A stretch of 64,000 nucleotides of DNA from Octopus vulgaris (Eukaryota): NCBI GenBank assembly GCA_951406725.2, contig OX597826.1, forward strand, positions 8,122,001-8,186,000. The letters run 5' to 3'. Position numbers and translations under genes: made by a program. Shown here one piece after another: positions 25,028-40,702 of the stretch. The notes beneath the pieces are model-generated. The model worked only from the letters and a program-made list of their open reading frames with translations, was not told the DNA's origin and made no database searches. How positions within the stretch are numbered: the first letter of the stretch is position 1; each line of letters starts with the position of its first letter.

Positions 25028-28000
25028 CTACAGGATCATGCTCAAAATGGTTTCGTTACTAGCACGCACCATCTTTGCAACATTCACCCATCTTTTATTG
25101 AATCTTTCGCGAGACAAAACTTCCTCTCCATTCTCACCTTCCTTTTCAAGTGGTACTTGAAAAAGTTGATGAGCGAATGGCCAGAGAGGTAAGTGTTTGT
25201 CTCTAATCCTTTCGCTCGAGTCCACCACACACATTCTTTCACCATGGCCACCAGTACGATGAAAACTGCCTTGCCTTCCCGGTTGAGGGAAGGGGGCGGA
25301 GCAATTCTCACGATAGACTCGGCCGATAGGCGGATTCGTCCCACACGTGACAGCAGCCGTTCGGCATAAGCCCACAGGTCGGAAATGGTTGGACATTGCA
25401 CGAGTGCGTGCAGAACGGTTTCGTCGCTCTGACCGCATCTCGGGCAAGTCGGTCCAGTGTGTCTGGAACCGTGTCTGTAGAGCTTATCCCGAACAGGTAA
25501 TGCTTCTCGATAGCACTGCCAGGCCAGGGATCTTTGGTGATTGTTCATAGGTCCCGGCCCGAAAGTTGTCCTGAACAGGCGGGTCAGGTGTTCCTCGTCG
25601 ACGCCCAGACTCTGCCCGAGTTCGTCGTCGCACCTCCTCCACTAATCCTCTATAGAATGCCTTTGTTGTGATGGAGTCGCACAAGTTCGATCCCGGACGG
25701 CAGAGTTGCTTGAGAGCAACGCGACACTCACGGTGCCATTCGCCTAGCCTCGGTCTCTGCTTGATCCATGACTGTAGTTCGTCCAAGGAGACGAGCTGCG
25801 GGAAAGCGAGCCGCACAAAAGGCGACCACCCCTGTTCACCGTTGTCTATGAAGCGCCGGAGATGTCGCAGTCTCAGCGCATGTCTGCGCATCATCAACCA
25901 CGGCATGCCCAGCCCTCCATTTAGCGGGTGTTGGCAGCAAATGGATCGCCTGACCATCGGAACGTTTCCCTTCCACAAGAAGCGGAAGAGTATGCGTTCC
26001 AGTTTGGTGATGGTAGGGTCGGGACAAGGCACGACGGTCAGACGGTACTCGATGACGGATGCGATGTACGCGTTCGCCACCTCCGCCCGACCTTTTAGGG
26101 ATAGCTTTTCTCAGTCCATTTCTGGGTGAGAGTAGCCACCCTAGTCGTTATCTCGCCCCAGTTCTTCTCCATTTGGAGGTCCGGACCGAACCAGACCCCG
26201 AGCAATTTAACCGGTCCGTCCGTCCAGCGTCCCACGATGGAGACGCTGTTGGACGGCATGGGCTTGCTTCTCCAGGTGCCGAGCCGCAAGCCCACTGACT
26301 TTTCCCGGTTAATTTTTGCTCCCGTTACCGCTTCGTATTCTTTCAGTGTCTCGCCGACCAGCTCGATGTGCTCGTAGCTCGACACTATGACGGTGACGTC
26401 ATCCGCGTATGCAGACACGCTCCTCCCGCATCCCAGCTCTCGTGGGATGCCCCTCAGCGTCGCCAGTTTCCGCAGTAGTGGCTCAAGAGTCAGTACATAC
26501 AGCAGCGATGAGAGGGGGCATCCTTGACGAACCGAACGCATGATGTTAAAAGGTCTGGATAGATGACCATTCACGCGAACTACTGAGCGGATGCCGCTGT
26601 ATAAGGCAGCGATCCAACCGCGGAAAACTGGACCGAAACCAGCCGCTTTGAGGACAGCCTCCAAGTAGTGATGGTCTACCCTATCGAAGGCTTTTGATTG
26701 ATCCAAATTGATCAGCGCCCCACCCATGCCAGGATTTTTAACTACCCTGTCTATGATGTAGCGCATCAGATGGAGGTTGTCATGAATACTTCTACCCGGC
26801 ACGGCGCATGTTTGCACCTTGTCGATTAGTTTCTTGATGACAAGCGCCAACCTCTCGGCTAACACCTTGGCCAAAATTTTCAAATCTGCGTTGAGCAGAG
26901 TGATGGGCCTGAAATTATCTATGACGTCCCCCTTGTTTGGGTCTTTCTTGATCAGTGCCACTGCTCCTCGCTTTACAAAAGCAGGAATGCTCCCGTTCTG
27001 CTGCCAGTTGCAGTAGACAGCTGCCAAGACGCCTCCAAACAAGTCTGGCATATGAAAATAAAATTCGTAGGGCAGACCATCCAAGCCTGGTGACTTGTCT
27101 CTCGCGCAGCCTACCATCGCATCCTGTACGTCCGCAGCTGTGATAGGCTTTTCACAAGACTCCACCTCCCTTGCTGAGAGTCGTGGCAAGGCATGCAGGT
27201 AGGCACTAAAGTCCACTCTGCTTTCTGACTCACCACTTGTCCCAAACAGTTGGGTGAAGTGTTGTTGAAAAACCCCACACATCCTTTTAGGCTCGAGTAA
27301 TTCGCGCCCCTGTTCATCTATAAGAGACTTGATGGTGGCTCTGTTGCCTCGTTGCGTCTCCACCACTCGGGCCTCTTGGGCGGCTCCAACTCCTTCGTTC
27401 CTCAGAGCACGCATCCTAGCTCTGACAACGCATCCCTCGTGTTTGGCGTTGAGGTGTTGGTCGAGGGCCAATCTCGCCGCCAGTACGTTGGACGCGATGC
27501 CAGTTCTAAGTGCCTCTTCTAAAACCTTAACTAATTCTCCCTCTACTCTATTTCGGTCTAATGCTAGGGCTCTACTGTATCTGACTGATTCTGCTTTAAT
27601 CGCTTTTTTTAGGGCATACCACCATCTGTTGTTGATGATGGTACCCGTCAAAGCTCTCTTAACTAATGTGCTGATCCGGTCCCTGTAAACCTGTCGTGCT
27701 GTAAAAGACGCGTTCAGTTTCCAGTAACCAGGACCCTGCCTATGTGTCTTATCTAAGTCAAGTGTACAAGTCACAAACTTGTGATCTGTGTAACTGACTA
27801 TATGAAATTGTGGACAACCTACACTATTTTTATCTATTGTCCTACAGAATACTCTATCTAAGTATGATCTGGACGACCCGATGCGGTTACTCCATGTCCA
27901 CATTGGCACATTCGGGTGGTCCAGTCGGTACCTGTCAGACAGTTGGAAACGTCTGAGCAGGTCTTTGAGGCATTTGCATCCCCTTCTATTGCTATCTCTG

Positions 28001-28461
28001 CCCACGTAGTCTAGATGCGTGTCCAGGGTGGCATTCCAATCCCCCACTAAAAGTAAAGGACGAGACGTTCCCATGAGAGACTCTAGACGTCGAAAGAAAT
28101 CTGGTCGGCCTGTTAAGGACGGAGCATAAACTGCTATCAGTCGAAAAGCACACTCATTGCTGCCATCGACATCCAAAACGACCAGCCTACCCTCCGGGTC
28201 TAGGAAATTTGCTCTTACTTTGAGATCCAGACTCTTCCGGATAAGCACCGCGGTGCCACCTCCGCCCATTCTCGGTAGACACGGAGAAAAATAAATGTTG
28301 AAATGTGTACCGAAAATGTGCTGGAGTGCCCGCAAGCTGTGGAGTCTGGTCTCACTGATGGCTATGATATTCAGTTTTAGTGACTTGATGTCATTTAACA
28401 GGTAGCCTTGTTTCCAAGGCGACCCCAAGCCACGTACATTTATACTACCTATTCTGAGCAT
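25028..28461 (-). CDS. LINE ORF2: AP endonuclease + reverse transcriptase + C-terminal CCHC finger (3 frameshifts)
   Basis: SINVRG, ISET, GDWN, YLDR, TDH (APE); KSPGLDGLP, FRPITLLN, DQSKAFD, RQGCPLS, YADD (RT); CPRC-x7-H-x4-C. Track ORFs 26095-28479, 25484-26080, 25084-25548 and 25028-25447 join through frameshifts near 26108, 25636 and 25122. Confidence 0.93.
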
Positions 28462-28503
28462 GTTCCGATAAAAGTGCAAAAAAGGAAAAGGAGAGAGAAA
28501 AGG

Positions 28504-30644
28504 TTACTTGTTTTTCGAAAGTTCTTTGTCTTTCACCTCACGGTCTTCTTCTATGAGGCTTTTATACAGTTTTTTTGATGAGTACTTTTGAAATCTCCCT
28601 ACTGCATCAGGGTAAAGAGATTTCAGGGTGCTGTATGTGTTCTGTGTCACGTGTATTATTTTAATGTGTTGTGGTGGTGTTGTGTGTGGGTGGTTACTTG
28701 TTTTTATGTCGTTTTCAGTAATGTTAGTGTTTGACCTAATGTGTTCCATTAGGTCGTGGTTGTTTGTGTTTATGGCTGTCAACATTTTTGGGGGGTTTGA
28801 TGATGGTGTGTTTGTGTTGATGTGTGTGTTTTCTGTGGATGTTTTTGTTTCGGGAGTGGTGTATCTTCCCGCTTTGTTTGTTATTTTTTCTTTTCTTTTT
28901 TTTCCCCTTTTTCTTCTCCCCCCTGTGGCTATTTGCCAATCTTCCGTGTCTTCTTCGTCTAATGACAGATCAGACGAATCGGAGTCTGGAAGAGGGAAAG
29001 TATTGGGGTCTATTGTCGACTGTGTTGGTTTTGTTGTTGGTGTTGGTTGGTGAGCGTTTGGTTGTGGTGTATGCGGTTTTGGATGTGGGGTTTGGGTATT
29101 TTGTGTTTGAGTGATTGTGGGTATTGTTGTGTTGTTTAGGGTCTCAATTTTGTGGGGATTTGGAGTTGTAATTGTTTCTTCATTTATGCTGGGTGTCTTT
29201 TTGGCAGATGTCCTTGGTTTGGGAGTTGGTATATTCTTGGTTGTTGTTGTTGGTGATGCTGCTTCTGTTCTTGGTGCTGCAGTTGGTGTGGTTGTTTGTT
29301 TGGTGAGGTTTGTTCCTGCAAAAAGTGGTGTGGGTAGTAGACCTTGTTTATTTGTTTTTGTTTCCGGCTGCTGTTGTTTTCTTGCGGCAGATTTGCAGTC
29401 TTTTTGAGATGTTGCTCACTGCCGCATATGTAGCAACGTGGTCTTCTGCCATCGACGACCACATATAACTTGTGGTCGTCTGATACACATATCTGGGTGG
29501 GTATTTTTTTTATATCTTCATGATGTATATGTAGAAGAAATTCTATTTTCTTTCCCACCCAGTTTTTATGCTCTGTGACTGTGGTTTCCAAAATAGTATA
29601 ATTCGCCATTTTTATGCATAAAGCCTTTACAAGCCATAGACTATTGGCTATTTTGGGGACATTGTTTAGAGTGATCTTAGTCACTTTCTGTCCCCGATAG
29701 CTTGGTGTAAGTTGGAGTTCATCTGAGTGAAGAGTTAGCGTTGAGAAATGTCTAGCTAACTCTTCGGTGTAGAAAACGACTTGTATGTGGGCAAATTTGT
29801 TCCACCAGGTTACATATTCTTTGTGATCCCAGATGGGTTTCAGGCACTTCTCTATTTTGCCTGTGTTGGCCTTCTCTGGGATTTTTGTTTTTTTGTTAAC
29901 TATTTTATAAATGATTGTTCGTCTTTTTTCATTTTCCAAAATATCTTCTGGTATGTTAATTTTTACGATACCTTCTGATTCTGTTATTTTGATGTTCGTG
30001 TCCTGTAATTGTTGAGCCGTAAAGTATATTGTTGTTTTTTTTTCTTTAATCGCCTCAGCGAAATTTGTTGTTGTTTTGTTATTGTTGTTGCTTGTGGTGA
30101 TGTTGTTGTTGGCTGCAGTTTGTAAAATTGGTGTGTTAGGTTCGATCGTGCAAGTAGGAAGGGGTGGAAAATTGCCTGCGTACTTTAGTCCTGCACTAGG
30201 GCAAAATTCGACATTTCGTTTGCTTGTCGTCGTTATTTTTTCACTTGTTGGTGATGGAGTGAGCAGTGGTTGAAGGGAATTGTTGTTGTCGTCGTTGTTG
30301 TTGTTGTTATTGTCGTTCTTGGTGACGGCTGTGGTGTTGGTAGTATTTGTAGCATTGACGGCACGGTCTTTGGTGGCGGTGATGGTGATGTTGGTGTTGT
30401 TATTGGTGGCAATATCTTTAGTAGGGATAGCAGTTTTAGTAGCAGATTCTGCCATGGTGTTGGTGGTGGTGGTGGACTCACTGATGGTGTTGACGGTGCT
30501 TGGCCTTGCGACCTTTGTTTTGTATTTGTTGCTGTTGGTGGTGGTGGAGTTGTCAGGTTCGGCGTATGCTAACAGAGCATCCTGTTTTTCTGTTTCCGCG
30601 TCACGCTTGACTTGCAACTCAGCCTCGTGGTGGTCAGTGGCCAT
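28504..30644 (-). CDS. LINE ORF1 (gag-like, Thr/Asn-rich, CCHC zinc knuckle; 1 frameshift)
   Basis: Starts MATDHH; CYICGSEQHLKK-DC is restored by adding one A in the run at ~29401-29405, after which the frame stays open into track ORF 28504-28785 (~713 aa). Confidence 0.85.
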
Positions 30645-30868
30645 TTTGGAAATAAAATGGCTAAATGAAACCACGAAGGCTATGAGAATTTTTTCTTTTA
30701 AATTTTGCCCACAAGGGGCAAAATTTTGTGTCGTTATTTATCAAAGGTTTACAGTGGATGTTGTTGTACAACTTTTAAGCAAAAAATGTTTGTCAATATA
30801 CACTTTTAAATAGTCAAAATAAATGATTACCTTCGGAGCCGAAACGACATCACATCCGTCAGTCAGAG

Positions 30869-31935
<1,067 letters not shown>

Positions 31936-32608
31936 TTTGAGGTGTTTTAGAAATTGTATGGCTATAAAAATAGAAAATGTTTGAATGAATCATATTGTGA
32001 TAAAAACAATTTCTCGTATAAAAAACAACAACCAAACTATATTAGATTTAAATTCGAACTTACGTCGGACAAAATACGTTAGGAAAAAGTTAGTCAAAAA
32101 CGTAGAAGAAGATTTAGAAATTTCGCACAACAAACTAAAATAAATGCGTACCTCAGAAAACGATAATATAATAAATGAAATAAATTCGACAAAAGAATTA
32201 TCCGTTAGTTGAAATGGTTTCTCTGCATCGAAAGTCGTGCTAAAGGAGAAGCATTAAACAAATAATTTCAAACACAAATTTTACAAAACAATCAAAATTT
32301 GAATGTTTGCAAAATGGGAGAGGAGAAGCCAAATGAGATCAAAGTATTAAAAAAAAGGAAACCAAATAAGCGAAAATAACCGTATAAAAATTCGATATTA
32401 TAAGAATGTAACAGGGTTAAAATATTGAATGATTTTTTGAAGAAAAATATCAAAAGAACTATGATGTAATAACGATTAGATAAAATAGAAACTAGTTTTA
32501 TAGTGTAAATCAATAGATATTTAAAATTCAGATAGTGTGGTCATGTATGTGTGCATGTGTAGGTATCTCTCCCTCTCTCTCCCGCTCTCTCTCTCCTGCT
32601 CTCTCTCC

Positions 32609-32646
<38 letters not shown>

Positions 32647-32854
32647 GAGTGTGTGCACGCGTGTGTGAAATTGCGGTTTCGCTTCCAGCGTCTGCATACC
32701 TTACATGACTCTTTTATTTTTTTTATTAAGTGCCCAACAAGTTAAGCATAAAAGGCCTTTCCAAACACGGATCATATTTTGTTGACAACATAAAGGTATA
32801 GATACACACACACACACACACACACACACGCACGCACGCACACACACACACACA

Positions 32855-32886
<32 letters not shown>

Positions 32887-33032
32887 AACACACACACATA
32901 TATGCACATATGTACATATATGTTCATATGTGTTTGAATACATTTGCATATATTTACATATATATGTATAGACTCACACACACACAACATATATGTATAT
33001 ATAGTATGTATATGTAAGTATATATATATATG

Positions 33033-33089
<57 letters not shown>

Positions 33090-33178
33090 TTACATATACA
33101 TACTATATATATATATTTATGTATGCATATCTAGCTGTCTCGCTCTCTCTCTATATATATTCATATATAATATAAATA

Positions 33179-33226
<48 letters not shown>

Positions 33227-33233
33227 ATGTATG

Positions 33234-33279
<46 letters not shown>

Positions 33280-33429
33280 AATATGGGTACAGGACGTCAC
33301 TAACCGTAAACGACATGAAATACGAAAAGTTATCAAGAGAATACGCAATGATGTTCATCAAGAGAACTGGATGTAGTTCCTCGTTATGATCACACACTAA
33401 GTGTACAGAAGTTTGAAAATAATGTTCTT

Positions 33430-33830
33430 AAACATCTGAGTGACAAAGTATCTGATTCAACCGAATCTGCTTTTAGAGTGAATGTCCATCTCATGAATAT
33501 TTAAATGAGGTAACTCGAATCATCCTCGAGTAGCACTTACAATATCGGATGACACGCGGGAGGAGGTATTTCTCTTCAACATTTTCAAGTAGCTGACCCG
33601 GTCAGTGCAAACGGACGTTGGATTTGACATGCTCAGGAAACGAATCATAACTACTTTCAAAATATTCAGCCTGAAATGGACAGTTGAAACAAATCCGATA
33701 AAATTAAAGTTTCTGAACATTAAGACGGACATTATCTCTAAACACACGTGCTATTCATAATTTAAATGCTGTCCGTTATATAGCTATACTACATCAAATT
33801 TGCTACCTAATATCCTTTCTCTTCACTAAA
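33430..33830 (+). pseudogene. Decayed Penelope-like RT C-terminal/thumb relic (second element)
   Basis: Frameshifted YRDD-like TATCGGATGAC at 33543, then MLRKRIITTFKIFSLKWTVETNPIKLKFLNI (FKxxGLxITIExN...FLD) and PLYSYTTSNLLPNI (PxYIxxxSNHPP). May extend further both ways. Confidence 0.65.
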
Positions 33831-34789
33831 GATTTTAGGTAGTATAAGCAAGATCGTACTCTGTTTGATCTTGCGATAATCTTGCATTCAACAAAGATAT
33901 TAGACGTGCTATAATAAGAAAAATGAAAAAACAAAACTCCGCAAACGCTCAAGAACGTTGAAAATCATTTGGTGCAAGCCACCGTGCAGCACTAATGCAA
34001 AAATGTGTTGTAAAGAACTTCCACTTCATCATCAATACTCTTCCCGTGAGAACACAAACTGCATCAAAAGTTCTTAACAAGAAGTCACGAGCAACATTCT
34101 CAGCCAAATTTTCTACTCCATGAAAAACATATGCCTTGAAACAAACTGTATTTTGCGCTAATATATTCTAAGTTACCGTAACATGCAGTAAAAAATTAGT
34201 CTGCTGTATAGAATTAACAGCAAACATATTCAAAGCATTCCTACACCTAAAAATATAAATTATTCCATCATCGCCTTTTGGAATATAACAGCGCTACCCG
34301 AACATAAACACAAATATCATAAGCAATGATAACCAGAACACCCACATGTAGAAACAAATCCAAGAATTCACTTCAACAGATATTCTCCATAGCATTCTTC
34401 CTCAGTCCTAAACAAAATTTTGAATTTCAACTAAACTTGTACTAAAAATTAATGTCCTTGCTAATCAACTTCAAATTATACAAAACTCCGGAAAAGTGTG
34501 AAAACAATGGAACTTAGCGACAACATATATAACTAGGTTCATGACTAAATACGTAACCAACCATTTTACCAGCCATGAGAACAAAAGTATTATTAACTCT
34601 GAAGCATAACCATCTGCTGGTACCAGTGTCAAAGAGCAAAGGTTGTCAACAACACTATTAAAAATGCGCTCACGTGGTTCGACGTTATCCATACCACTAC
34701 CAGTCACCTGACCAATCACCAGGTCAAGCACATGAGCAAGCTGAATAGGTGCATACTTTCCAAAACGGCTTTTTTCGAGGGATTCTGCT

Positions 34790-35348
34790 ACATTTAAATA
34801 AAATGTCTCAATTAACTGTCACAACTCCATCTACCGGAGAGATGAGAAAATTGCAGATTATAGACGAGTATCGTATGAATTTACCAGGAGTTACAATATA
34901 GTGCAGTTTATCATCAAAGGGATTAATTAGACAATTCTTTTTTTATATGAAACTGCACTGGTCACTTACTAATATAAGGGCCTACCTGGATGAGATTTTG
35001 TTAAACTGCTAGATTAGACCATGAGGTTTAAGTAGAATTCCTTGCGCCTTCCACACTAGACATTTTTATGCGGATTATGTGAAGATAGAACATATAAATT
35101 TCTATGCAAAACATGTAACAGTCGAGGAATTGAGAGCAGCCATTCAACTAGAATACACACAAATAGGGAACGAAGTGATTCTTGGGGTTTGTCCTTCCAT
35201 TGCATCGCGTTACCAACAGAATGGTCCGTAGGTTAAAAACAGGCGATCATAGACAATGTCTGTCTCTAGATTTTGAAAATGCACTGTTTAATTGATCATT
35301 GACATGGTAATTAATTCAATAAATCTATACCGTTTTTGGAATACCCTG
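34790..35348 (+). mobile_element. Tc1/mariner-superfamily transposon relic (catalytic-domain fragment and right TIR)
   Basis: Decayed INCHNSIY, NLPGVTI*CSLSSKGLIRQFFF, TVEELRAAIQLEYTQI...VCPSIASRYQQ; ends TTTGGAATACCCTG|TA. Confidence 0.75.
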
Positions 35349-35371
35349 TATGAACATACATATACATACAA

Positions 35372-35402
<31 letters not shown>

Positions 35403-35489
35403 CATATATACATACACACGTTACATACATGCACGCATGTATACATACATACATACATGTATATCATGTATATATATATACATACAAAC

Positions 35490-35616
<127 letters not shown>

Positions 35617-36086
35617 CGTGCGTGTGTGTGTGTATGTATACACGCACACAAACACATATGCATGTATAAAAGGGGAGAAGAGGGGTGTTGAATGTTGAAC
35701 ACATTGTAATGAATGTACAAACGTTATCCGACATGGATCCCTGCAGAATATAACGCCACACTAATGCATCATCGAACTGGTGCAATGATGTGTTCAATGC
35801 ACAACACATGCACGTGTTTGCTAACACACTTGCTCTATCTCTCTCCCTCCTTCTCTCTCTCCTTCTCCCTCTCTCTCTCATTAAAGATATCAATTTCATC
35901 TCTCACCATGACAAACATCCATACCGCCTGCAGGTAGACCCTTCGCTTATTGCTGTTTACCTGCTGATCATATTCTAATAGCTACATCTCAATCTAACTT
36001 CAACGACCCTCGTTCAAGAAATAACCCAAGGGATGAGAGATTCTGTTACATTTAGCAATGACTTCGTATGGTCAACAATGTGTGTG

Positions 36087-36118
<32 letters not shown>

Positions 36119-36274
36119 TGTATATAAGTTGGTAGATAACTAAGTAGGTGTGTGTGTGTGTGCGCGGATGCATCTGAATTCTATCACCTAATTTTTATCT
36201 CTTCATATATACCTACATACACATATACTTACATTCCTGATTATATAAATATATATTTGTATATATATATGCAT

Positions 36275-36322
<48 letters not shown>

Positions 36323-36416
36323 ATATATGATGGGAGATATCTATGCGTATATTATGTATATATGAATATATTACGTATATATGTAAACAGACACCCCATC
36401 CGCACACAGTCTTACG

Positions 36417-36565
<149 letters not shown>

Positions 36566-37018
36566 GAACACACATGCACACACACACATATTTGTATAGA
36601 CATACATACATAAATGCGTAAAAGAATTCACCTCCAGGATTGAACGTATCAAGGAGTTAAATTTCTATATGAAGGATTACAAATTAGAAATTATTCTGGA
36701 GGATACAATTGAAAGGTTGAGCCTTATATAAATATCTATATGTGTGTATGTGTGCGTGTGTGTGTGTGTGTATGCATATTTGTATCTATGTATGTATATT
36801 CATATATTCATATACACACATATATATATATGTACATATACAAATATGCATATATCCATATATATATATATATATATACACATGCATAGATACATGTACG
36901 TATATATGTATGTATAAATGTATATATATATGCATGTGTATATAAATGTATATATATGTATGTATATAAGTATATATAAATGTATATATATATGTATATA
37001 TATGTATATATGTATGTA

Positions 37019-37068
<50 letters not shown>

Positions 37069-37227
37069 TGTGTGTATGTGTGTGTGTTTTCTTATGCACA
37101 TAGAAACATACATACATTTATAGTATACATTTATGTATATCATTAGTAAGTGTATATATGTATACATATAAGGATATGTCAGATTTCTCTCTCTCCCTCT
37201 CTCTCTCTCTTTGTTTCTTTCTATACG

Positions 37228-37300
<73 letters not shown>

Positions 37301-37372
37301 ATATATATAGATAGATAGATATAGATATAGATATAGATAGATAGCTAGATACATACATACATACATATATGT

Positions 37373-37431
<59 letters not shown>

Positions 37432-37443
37432 TACACACATACG

Positions 37444-37498
<55 letters not shown>

Positions 37499-38382
37499 CC
37501 ATCTCAAATCGTATGTTCCTACTGTTGCTGTAGTTGTTGTTGCTGCTCCTGTTGCCATCCTCACCACTGCTGAAGCTGCTGCAGTTGCGGTTGATATAAT
37601 GGTAGATATGCAGATGGTTGATGGTTTCCAGTTGATGGCTGGAAGGTTGTTGCATAAGTATCAGTTACCTTTAAATGGTATGTTAGCCCGGTCGAGACGT
37701 TGTCGGTGGTGAAAGCGACGGTGTCGGCGTCTGCGGCGGCGGTGGCGGCCATCGTGGTGGTGGTGGTGGTGGTGGTAGTGTAGCACTTTGTTAAGAGGTC
37801 TTTCTTCGCAGTAAGTTAAGTACTTCAATTGCTTAGATGTGAAGTGTGCAATAATACCTACCTCGGGGGCCAGTGCAGTGCAGTTGATGATGCACTGCCA
37901 CTTCATTTGCGCTTTGTTTAATTAATGTTTACGATGTTTGGCAGTGGAGAGCGAGCGAGAGAGCGAGGGAGCGATAGGGAGAGCAAACGAGAGGAGTAAA
38001 GGAGAGACGTACAGACAGACAGAGAGCATTGACGGGATATTCACGCTGCACATTTTATCTCGGTGCAAGGCTAACAACTCCTTTTCGTCAATTGCTATTA
38101 CTTATCACGTAACGGTAGTAGTAGTAGTAGTAGTAGTAGTTGTTGTTGTTGTTGTAGTGTGATGATGATGACGATGATGACGAGTTAGAAATAGGGAGCT
38201 TAGAAAGGGAAAAAGTTTTGTGCGATCTGCGTAACTAAAGAGTTTTAATATCGGACAAGAAGAGAAAACAGTGTTTATCTACACACACACACACGCATGC
38301 ACACACACACACGCACGCACGCACACGCACGCACACGCACGCACACACACACACACATATGTATACATGCACACGCGCATAT

Positions 38383-38704
38383 ATCGCAGGAGTGGCTGTG
38401 TGTTAAGTAGCTTGCTTACCAACCACGTGGTTCCGGGTTCAGTCCCACTGCGTGGTACCTTGGGCAAGTGTCTTCTACTATTGCCTCGGGCCGACCAAAT
38501 CCTTGCGAGTGAATTTGGAAGACGGAAACTGAAAGAAGCCCGTCGTATATATATATATATATATATGTATATGTATGTGTGTGTGTATGTTTGTGTGTCT
38601 GTGTTTGTCCCCCGAATATCACTTGACAACCGATGGTGGTGTGTTTACGTCCCCGTAACTTAGCGGTTCGGCAAAAGAGACCAGTAGAATAAGTACCAGG
38701 CTTA
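38383..38704 (+). mobile_element. SINE family B copy (3' truncated)
   Basis: Similarity to 57378-57680. Confidence 0.85.
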
Positions 38705-38847
38705 TATTAGACAACTTATATTAAAACAGGGAGCAATGTTGATCGTCATATAAGGAAGAAGATTACACACAAATTAATATAACAAAATAATGAAATAAGA
38801 GTAATCAAGTGAAAAAGAAAATTAAACGTATTCGCATAGCATATATC

Positions 38848-38922
38848 TGTTTCTTTATTACCCACAAGGGGCTAAACATAGAGGGGACAAACAAGGACAG
38901 ACAAACGGATTAAGTCGATAAC
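38848..38922 (-). mobile_element. SINE family A 3' fragment
   Basis: Tail matching 639-712. Confidence 0.8.
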
Positions 38923-39574
38923 ATAACGTAGGCATAGGTACCAGGAGGTTCGTATTAAGAGAACGAGACTTATTCAACTCAAAGTGCTAATGTCACAGGT
39001 TGTTCCTTGTGCTTCTTGGCTGGAGTAAACGGTGATGTGTAGATTGCCAGAGAGTGTATGGTTGATAGAGCAAATAGATAAGCAGTATGTCATGGAATAT
39101 ATCCATTCCATCACATCGTTATTCTATTCCCAGTCACTTTCCTCCTTCTCATGCGCAACAACTAATCTTCGGCCATTTCCTCCAACTTTACATTGTACCC
39201 GCATTCGGACATTCTGGGCAAGTTTTGACCCCGATGTATTGGAGACAACTGGGAAGGCAATCAAGAACGCGATCTCTCAAAGGCCTGTTTCACCAACTGC
39301 TTGTTTCACCTATTCGTAAGTTCGTTTATTAATGACGGCTGAATGAAATTTCGCTTTTCTTTCCGCTTTATCTGAAATCTTACTTGCGTTTGAGCAATTC
39401 GCTCAAAACGTGCCCCAGAATTTTAACAAACCAGGCCACTACTAGAACGGATTGTGATAGGCGGGGGCTGATGTTAATCAGAGTGAGTTATCACTTAGAT
39501 GTACCTTTGTGGGATCGATCCTTGCTACTTTTGCCCTAAGTGTTATGTGCTGTTGTTAGTGGTAGACTAAAGGT

Positions 39575-40431
39575 TAGTGGTGGTAGTGACAGTGAACGTA
39601 CGGCGGCGATAAATATGGCATTCGTGGTGGTGGTCATGGTCAGATAGTGTGTGAATGTGGTAAGTTTTTTAGGATGCTGTGATGGTAGTGGTGGGGTGGT
39701 GATGTTAGTGGTAACAGTGATGATGCTTTTGGTGACGGTAAAGATTTTCCTGGTGATGGTGTTGGTGGTGGTGGTTTTGGTAGTGGTGGAGGTGGTGGTG
39801 GTTTTAGTGATGGTAGTGGTGGTAGTGGTGGTCGTCGTCGTGGTGATCGTGGTAGTGTATGTAGGTGGCGGCTTTGGTTGTGGGGGTGTGAGTGATGGTG
39901 GTGGTGGTGGTGGTAATCGTGGAGTTGGTGGCTTTCTTTGTGGTGATGGTGGTGGTGATTCAAATTGTTGTAGTGGTGCTGGTGGCGATCGTGGTGATCG
40001 TTGTGGTGGAGGCGGTGGTGGAGCTGGTGGTTTCAGTGCTTGTGGTGGTGGTTGAGTTGGTGGTGGTGGCGGTGGGGAGCTGGTAATGGTGGTGGTTTTG
40101 TTTTGTTTGTGGTATTGGTAGTGACGGCCAGGATGATGGTGGTGTTCACGTTTTTCTAATAGTGGTGATGGCGGTTGTGATGAGAGTAGTCACGATAGCA
40201 GTAGAAGCAGTGTTCACGGTTATGGCGAAGGTGGTAGTGGTAATGACGACGGTGGAGGATAAGCGGCGGCGATAGTGATGCTGCTCATAATGATGAAGTT
40301 GATGGTGGTGGTGGTAGTGGTGGTGGTAGTGGTGGTTGTGGTGGTGGTGGAGCTGGTAGTGATAATGATGATGATGCTGATGATGATGATCGTGATGATG
40401 ATGATGATGATGATGGTGGTGGTGATGATGT

Positions 40432-40498
<67 letters not shown>

Positions 40499-40583
40499 AA
40501 TAATAATAATAATAATAATAGTGATGATGATGATGATGATGACGATGATTATGATGATGATGATCGTGATGCTGATGATGATA

Positions 40584-40616
<33 letters not shown>

Positions 40617-40650
40617 GTGGTGGTGATGATGATGGTGATGATGGTGATGG

Positions 40651-40702
<52 letters not shown>

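Larger units (their letters stand above)
24729..30868 (-). mobile_element. Full-length Tx1/L1-clade non-LTR retrotransposon (~6.1 kb)
   Basis: 5'UTR, ORF1 with CCHC knuckle, 42-nt spacer, ORF2 APE-RT-zinc finger, 3'UTR ending AATAAAAGAAA; flanked by (GATA)n on both sides. Confidence 0.95.

Noticed and set aside
25347-30813. Plus-strand ORFs overlapping the LINE
   Set aside because: Antisense shadows of ORF1 and ORF2.
37836-37870. miR-92/miR-310-like TATTGCACACTT on the minus strand as a miRNA gene
   Set aside because: No pre-miRNA hairpin around it and the 3' half does not match the family.
39010-39322. Possible exon ending at TTC|GTAAGT, and minus-strand GGNGRRLVVAH resembling a transposase motif
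   Set aside because: No recognisable domain in any frame, no partner exons, motif too short.
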